64,000 nt of DNA from Nageia nagi (lineage: Eukaryota; Plantae; Pinophyta): the NCBI GenBank assembly GCA_050084985.1, contig JBITNC010000001.1:24614001-24678000 (forward strand). Reading direction: 5' to 3'. Within the stretch, counting starts at the first letter, position 1. The number at the start of each line of letters is the position of its first letter. This document shows, piece by piece, positions 61,101 to 64,000 of the stretch. The notes below the pieces were generated by a model. That model made no database searches and had not been told where the DNA came from. It saw only the letters and a program-made list of their open reading frames with translations. The position numbers were made by a program, and so were the translations under genes.

Positions 61101-63437
61101 GATAAAGAATTTGGGGTTGATGCATAGCTTCCATGGGATAGAGGTTCATCAATAAGAAGGAAATATCTTCATTTGTCAAACCAAGTACGCCAAAGGCAAG
61201 TTGGAAGAGGTGTAGCATGGAAAATGCAAATCAGTTTTCATACCAATTGCTCATGGAGATGTCTAGTGCAAAGATGTTGGGGCCAATAAAGTAAATGTGA
61301 AAACCTAGTAGAGCATTGTGTAAGTCTAATGTTCCTCACCACTACTAGATCAAACATTGCATTTGGTATCTCACTTGTGTCAAGATACATGAATGAACCA
61401 TCTTAGAATGATTTTAAGGCTGCCAGAACAATTATGAGATATGTAAAAGGCACTCTTAATTTTGGCATCCATTACAAATTTACAATGCAACTAAGGAAAT
61501 GGAGCTAGTTGGCTTCAGAAATTCTGATTGGGAAGGCAGTTTGGATGATAGGAAATCAACTTCCAGTAATTGCTTTTCACTTGGTTCAGGATTGATAACA
61601 TGTTGTTCCAAAAAGCAGGGATCAATTGTTTTATCCTCCATGCAAGCTGAGTACATTGTGGCTACCTCAGCTAGTACACAAGTGCCATTAAATTGGCAAA
61701 GAATCCAATTCACCATGGCTGATCAAAACAATTTGATATGAAATATCACATTATCAAAGACATGGTGTAAAAAAAGATAATTGAGCTGCAGCATTGTAGC
61801 ACTCAGGAGCAACTTGATGATTTGTTCACCAAACAAGTTGCAAATGCTCATTTCTAAGACTAAGAGACAGACTTGTTTGTCCTCTCAGCATCAAGGGGGA
61901 GTATATTGGAAATGTGATACTGGCTCTCATATGTGTGAAGCTCAAAAGTCCACTTTGTGAGTTACTTGAGAATTGTAACAATTACTGCAAATGTTCATCT
62001 TCTAGGAGGAATATGAAATGAAGGGAATGCAAACGGCATTCTCAACCTATCAAATGCAAAATTAGCATGTACAATAGCAGTGGAGAATTGAAAATCAATC
62101 AGAAGTGTTTTTTGAGATTGTAGTTTACTGTTCATTGTTAAGGAATTGAGGGCAGAATATTGTACTTCTTCCTGTGTCAAGATTTTCTTGTATGAATGTA
62201 TTATTTTGCTTGTATTAGACATCCAAAACCCAAATCAGCTTGTGAAAAATAAACTCATTCTGGCAAGTTTTCCAAACCATCCACAGTCCGACTGTCTGTT
62301 TTCCCACCCACGATCTGCCTGTCTGCATTCCAAACTGCCTACGATCTAGTTCTTTGTGTAGTTAGGCTGTTTTTGTTATCCTGAGGTTTGTTCAGGGTCT
62401 GTCTGAGTCTTCTAAGGTGTTAATTCACATATTTCAATTATTTTATACATGAAGAAAAAAGCAAATGTACATCAAAGTTTCTAGAACAAGAAATCTTCTC
62501 ATTGAAGAAAGATGTACAACAAGGCCTTGAGAAAGAGTACATAGAGAGATAGAGATGTGTGCAATTTAAAAAAAAATATACAATGAAATGTCAACGGTGC
62601 CTTTATTGAGTGGTTGAGATATCTAGCGTTAATGCTTATAACTCATAAGGTTCAAACCGGATCGCAACCACAATAATAATGCCACCGCAAGTGATAAGAC
62701 AGTGCTACTGCACAGCTTGGAGATGATATTCCCACTGAAATGGCATAATAGGCAGGGAACCCACCAACACGTATTGATCTATCAAAACAAAATGAATATA
62801 TACCCCAATACAACAGCATCTGATCAATTGGAACAGCTTTAACTACTTGTAGATCAGACATTCAAGAAAATTCACATCTATCTCCGCTCTGTGTGTTGCC
62901 TCAGAAGGGTGACACATCATGTGTGAAGGACTTGATGTCAACATTGTATTAGCACATAATCAGATATAATACCTACACATCTTGAGGAAATTTGAAGGAA
63001 AAGAGAAGCCAAAATAGGATGTTGAGTGACCAAAATAATATTATGTTCAAAATGTTAATCACTGTGGCATTATAAACAACAACTAAATGTCACCGTTTAT
63101 GGAACTCCACAGATCTGTTAATATTCGGAAAGTTTTGTTGAAGTTCTTGTATCGACTATAGACTAATTTATATCATTTATCATGTTATTAAATAATGATG
63201 AACACAGATTGTGCATTATTTAGATAATTAGGTGTGAAGAGAATTATCATCAAACTCAGTCTATTCATCTGTCTCCAAGACATAAGAACAATCAGACGAA
63301 CCTTCACATCAATATCTCGATCAAGAAGGTCATTAACTGTGCAACCAGCCCCTCTCAAAAGAAAAGCTCCCAGTCCAAACAATGTCATCATTTTAAAATC
63401 AGGTAGACTTCCAGACGGTGCAGCCAAAGCAATGGAC
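13427..63437 (-). CDS. COQ2: 4-hydroxybenzoate polyprenyltransferase (COQ2/PPT1, UbiA superfamily); 7 coding exons in window, 5' part beyond 64000
   Basis: join(63437-63302, 50276-50155, 25167-25098, 24711-24562, 24446-24311, 24174-24078, 13496-13427). All junctions are GT-AG, the phases are compatible and there are no internal stops. Both Asp-rich motifs (NDLLDRDID and [13 protein letters not shown]) are intact, as are RTKSRP, YPLMKR and the terminal FVSNKWFG. Confidence 0.97.
13807..13939. repeat. 64-bp tandem duplication in the last COQ2 intron
   Basis: cttttggagtacattttgagttcatgaggtactgtaaatgataaatgcaaaaagtattgaaa at 13814 and 13878. Confidence 0.95.
14170..14800 (-). mobile_element. 3' end of a LINE related to the 9.8-12.1 kb element
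   Basis: Minus-strand [12 protein letters not shown]...TKLISSFFQ parallels the end of the first LINE (VALY/REAISFK...SKFITSYFQ). The downstream sequence is also similar (gtgttctttcaatcttagatgttg vs gtgtttctttacaaccttgaatattg). Confidence 0.6.
15213..15480. repeat. Old tandem duplication of about 145 bp
   Basis: tgatgccaaatca...gtcaacaccc.cacat occurs at about 15214 and 15358; the copies are diverged. Confidence 0.8.
15489..17205. repeat. Old tandem duplication of about 255 bp whose second copy is split by a hAT insertion
   Basis: Copy 1 is at about 15489-15730. Copy 2 is at about 15746-15912 and resumes at 17128 (aagaaaacctcctaggataa...tgtgaagag..ccacc). Confidence 0.85.
15913..17127 (-). 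mobile_element. Non-autonomous hAT DNA transposon
   Basis: TIRs CAGTGTTTAAAA / TTTTAAACATTG; 8-bp TSD cacacagg / cacacaag. It retains the transposase C-terminus [23 protein letters not shown] with an acidic tail. Confidence 0.92.
18810..19260 (-). mobile_element. LINE fragment, same group as 9.8-12.1 kb
   Basis: Minus-strand [19 protein letters not shown] matches FHTLISPTLLYEYEV*GP at about 10970-11020. Confidence 0.75.
19640..21150 (+). pseudogene. Decayed TE-like ORF of unknown type (Pro-rich, acidic, coiled-coil, helical C-terminus)
   Basis: Segments that are nearly in frame: [28 protein letters not shown] and [31 protein letters not shown]. No recognised domain. Confidence 0.45.
21177..22201 (-). 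mobile_element. Non-autonomous hAT DNA transposon
   Basis: Perfect 8-bp TSD cttagaac (21169-21176 and 22202-22209); imperfect TIR CAAGGTTACACATG / CATGTTTCCCTG; G/C-run subterminal repeats; acidic tail [18 protein letters not shown] on the minus strand. Confidence 0.85.
24078..24174 (-). CDS. COQ2: COQ2 exon: [31 protein letters not shown](K)
   Basis: ctacag|GA ... AGAAA|gtgagt; 97 nt. Confidence 0.96.
24311..24446 (-). CDS. COQ2: COQ2 exon: [45 protein letters not shown](G)
   Basis: tttgaaag|GAC ... CTGG|gtaagt; 136 nt. Confidence 0.96.
24562..24711 (-). CDS. COQ2: COQ2 exon: [50 protein letters not shown]
   Basis: ttgcag|CCT ... CAG|gtgtgg; 150 nt. Confidence 0.97.
25098..25167 (-). CDS. 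COQ2: COQ2 exon: [23 protein letters not shown]
   Basis: gacag|T ... TGG|gtaaga; 70 nt; missed by the ORF track. Confidence 0.96.
25925..26460 (+). mobile_element. Possible old LTR remnant ending at a PBS-like motif
   Basis: ...gtttcaca aggt TGGTATCATAGC at about 26434-26459. No recognisable internal ORF follows. Confidence 0.3.
27680..27995 (+). mobile_element. Highly decayed copia RNase H C-terminus and polypurine tract
   Basis: [16 protein letters not shown] and IFTKP motifs, followed by aaaggagaa|TGTTGG. Confidence 0.55.
28843..32314 (+). mobile_element. Large gypsy-type LTR (3' end lost), starting like the 39010 solo LTR
   Basis: Starts TGTTGTGCCCGCACAA...ATTTTGGGGACCC, as does the LTR at 39010. 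It is interrupted at 32314 by an inverted LTR. Confidence 0.75.
29310..30200 (+). repeat. About 284-bp tandem repeat, 3 copies, inside an LTR
   Basis: The anchor aattacctt..aga recurs at 29357, 29641 and 29925. Confidence 0.85.
32315..35040 (-). mobile_element. 3' LTR (about 2.7 kb) of a minus-strand gypsy element related to the 39010 LTR
   Basis: The reverse complement has the same ordered motifs as 42500-42996 (ccgctcctc, ttagaca, gttaacag, aacgac, ccttgga, agtcc, gtaac). Termini TGTGAG...CCAACA; no PBS after the CA; purine-rich tract upstream on the minus strand. Confidence 0.65.
34077..34118. repeat. (TA)n microsatellite
   Basis: Read directly from the sequence. Confidence 0.95.
35392..35398 (+). 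promoter_or_regulatory. Putative TATA box for the antisense extra ORF
   Basis: TATAAAA(GG) about 225 bp upstream of the ATG at 35617. Confidence 0.5.
35418..35578 (+). repeat. 44-bp tandem repeat, about 3.7 copies
   Basis: tgttggacRtcctacagcccagacYtgcacRtttggc starts at 35418, 35462, 35506 and 35550 (last two copies more diverged). Confidence 0.95.
35617..38570 (+). pseudogene. Decayed antisense additional ORF (aORF) of a gypsy retrotransposon, about 980 codons
   Basis: Starts [15 protein letters not shown]. Consecutive ORF-track pieces (35671, 36379, 36907, 37236) chain into one reading path with a globular region (VGDTNYG; [30 protein letters not shown]), an acidic low-complexity middle and a coiled-coil end. 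Confidence 0.7.
39010..42996 (+). mobile_element. Solo LTR (3987 bp) inserted in the 5' LTR of the chromovirus
   Basis: TG...CA ends and TSD CATTG (39005-39009 and 42997-43001). The empty site atagtgCATTGgaggtg is preserved in the 3' LTR at about 47765. No coding domains; TATA ctataaatag at about 42074. Confidence 0.93.
39960..41520 (+). repeat. About 183-bp tandem array (at least 8 units) in the solo LTR
   Basis: A ctaggcgcaggttt-like anchor occurs at 40045, 40229, 40439, 40621, 40804, 40987, 41169 and 41351. Confidence 0.9.
44148..47460 (+). pseudogene. Gypsy pol remnant: protease, RT, RNase H, integrase, chromodomain
   Basis: [12 protein letters not shown]; [10 protein letters not shown]; [10 protein letters not shown]; VFFDDILVY; CDASGVEVG; YDKEMLAI; [12 protein letters not shown]; ISMDFI; [10 protein letters not shown]; GPY; [10 protein letters not shown]. 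Confidence 0.95.
48027..48511 (+). repeat. About 247-bp tandem duplication of the distal part of the chromovirus 3' LTR
   Basis: Copy 1 is 48027-48273 and copy 2 is 48274-48511; the 5' LTR has a single copy. Confidence 0.92.
50155..50276 (-). CDS. COQ2: COQ2 exon: [40 protein letters not shown](S)
   Basis: ttcag|GTA ... TATAG|gtgagt; 122 nt. Confidence 0.97.
52620..56560 (+). mobile_element. Decayed hAT transposase (BED finger, DUF659-type core, dimerisation domain) interrupted by a solo LTR
   Basis: [17 protein letters not shown]; [11 protein letters not shown]; INFFIAS; FWTPCTIHC; GVTRFAT; intron at about 56038-56123; [13 protein letters not shown]. TIRs not located. Confidence 0.9.
53689..55305. 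mobile_element. Solo LTR (1617 bp) in the hAT transposase
   Basis: Inverted termini TGAAATATTCC / GGAATATTACA and TSD cttaa/attaa. The transposase reading IYNHS*VL|NLMR rejoins across the insertion. Confidence 0.88.
57233..62436 (+). mobile_element. Old Ty1/copia retrotransposon C with both LTRs
   Basis: Diverged LTRs at 57233-~57740 and 61904-~62436. Motifs: gag [16 protein letters not shown] and [11 protein letters not shown]; integrase [10 protein letters not shown]; [14 protein letters not shown]; RNase [16 protein letters not shown] aagggggag. PBS eroded and TSD ambiguous. Confidence 0.92.
58811..59147 (-). mobile_element. LINE 3' fragment inserted into copia C
   Basis: [37 protein letters not shown]. 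The copia frame NRIVTI|VPMTSN rejoins across it. Confidence 0.85.
63302..63437 (-). CDS. COQ2: COQ2 exon: (W)[45 protein letters not shown]
   Basis: ttattag|G ... AAG|gttcgt; 136 nt; first Asp-rich motif. Confidence 0.97.
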
Positions 63438-64000
63438 CTAATAAATTAAATAAAGTCAAAAGAACCATCACAGACATACAAAAAGTCTCATAAATAACTA
63501 ATAAAAATACATAAATACAAAGCTGGTCAAGAAGAATTGTTTAGCAGCTAACAATCAACTTCAATGCCTTTGTACAACAGCAAGAGCATTAATGAGGGAA
63601 AGACATGATACTCCAAAAGCCATAACAATATAAACTAATTATATCCCATAGTATTGAAGAAACGAGTGCATTTTGCAAACAGAATATGAACAGGTTCAAT
63701 CCAGTGGAGCTAGATTAAAATCTTAAGTTAACAGTCACATCATATCTCCCATTATTGGTTAGAGTAAAGAATTTGTCCCAAGATCATTGGTCATGAATTA
63801 GGCTAGTATAAGCATTAAAATTGCTGGGCAATTTGCATAGCATGTTCCCTTGGATTCCATGATTCAATATTTGTGCATGCCAAAGTCTTACTTTGGGAAT
63901 AAATTTCCGCTAACTCATACAGATGCCCGTCACAAAGAAAGCACAATGCCAGTGACCACCAACACCTGACTCATGATTTACCTCAATCCCAGCCCCCGAA

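Noticed and set aside
62652-62861. 69-aa minus-strand ORF in the COQ2 intron
   Set aside because: No motif and no supporting splice or start context.
63960-64000. Donor-like GAG|gtaaat as the end of the preceding COQ2 exon
   Set aside because: The preceding exon should end in TG and encode a motif like LDKPIGTWLLAWP. This sequence does not.
1-64000. tRNA, rRNA, organellar insertions or prokaryotic systems
   Set aside because: None recognised. The only tRNA-related sequences are retrotransposon primer-binding sites.

Overview
AT-rich, CpG-depleted eukaryotic plant DNA. The giant TE-filled introns and repeat types suggest a large-genome seed plant, probably a gymnosperm (inference). One host gene dominates the window: a minus-strand 4-hydroxybenzoate polyprenyltransferase (COQ2/PPT1, UbiA family). 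Seven of its coding exons (781 nt; stop at 13427) were reconstructed with GT-AG junctions and a continuous frame. They span about 50 kb, with introns of 13.0, 25.0, 0.39, 0.115, 0.136 and 10.6 kb; the 5' exons lie beyond 64000. Almost everything else is decayed transposable element sequence: nested Ty1/copia elements (1-8.5 kb and 57.2-62.4 kb), four pieces of an unusual non-LTR (LINE) family, three hAT elements (two with TIRs and 8-bp TSDs), solo LTRs, and a multi-layer nest of Ty3/gypsy elements in the 25-kb intron. The most intriguing signals are a roughly 1000-codon antisense extra ORF with its own TATA box and a 44-bp repeat leader, small apparently spliced ORFs inside giant LTRs, a 183-bp repeat array with a perfect hairpin inside a solo LTR, and candidate alternative splicing of COQ2. 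Coordinates were read by eye, and TE boundaries without TSDs are approximate.
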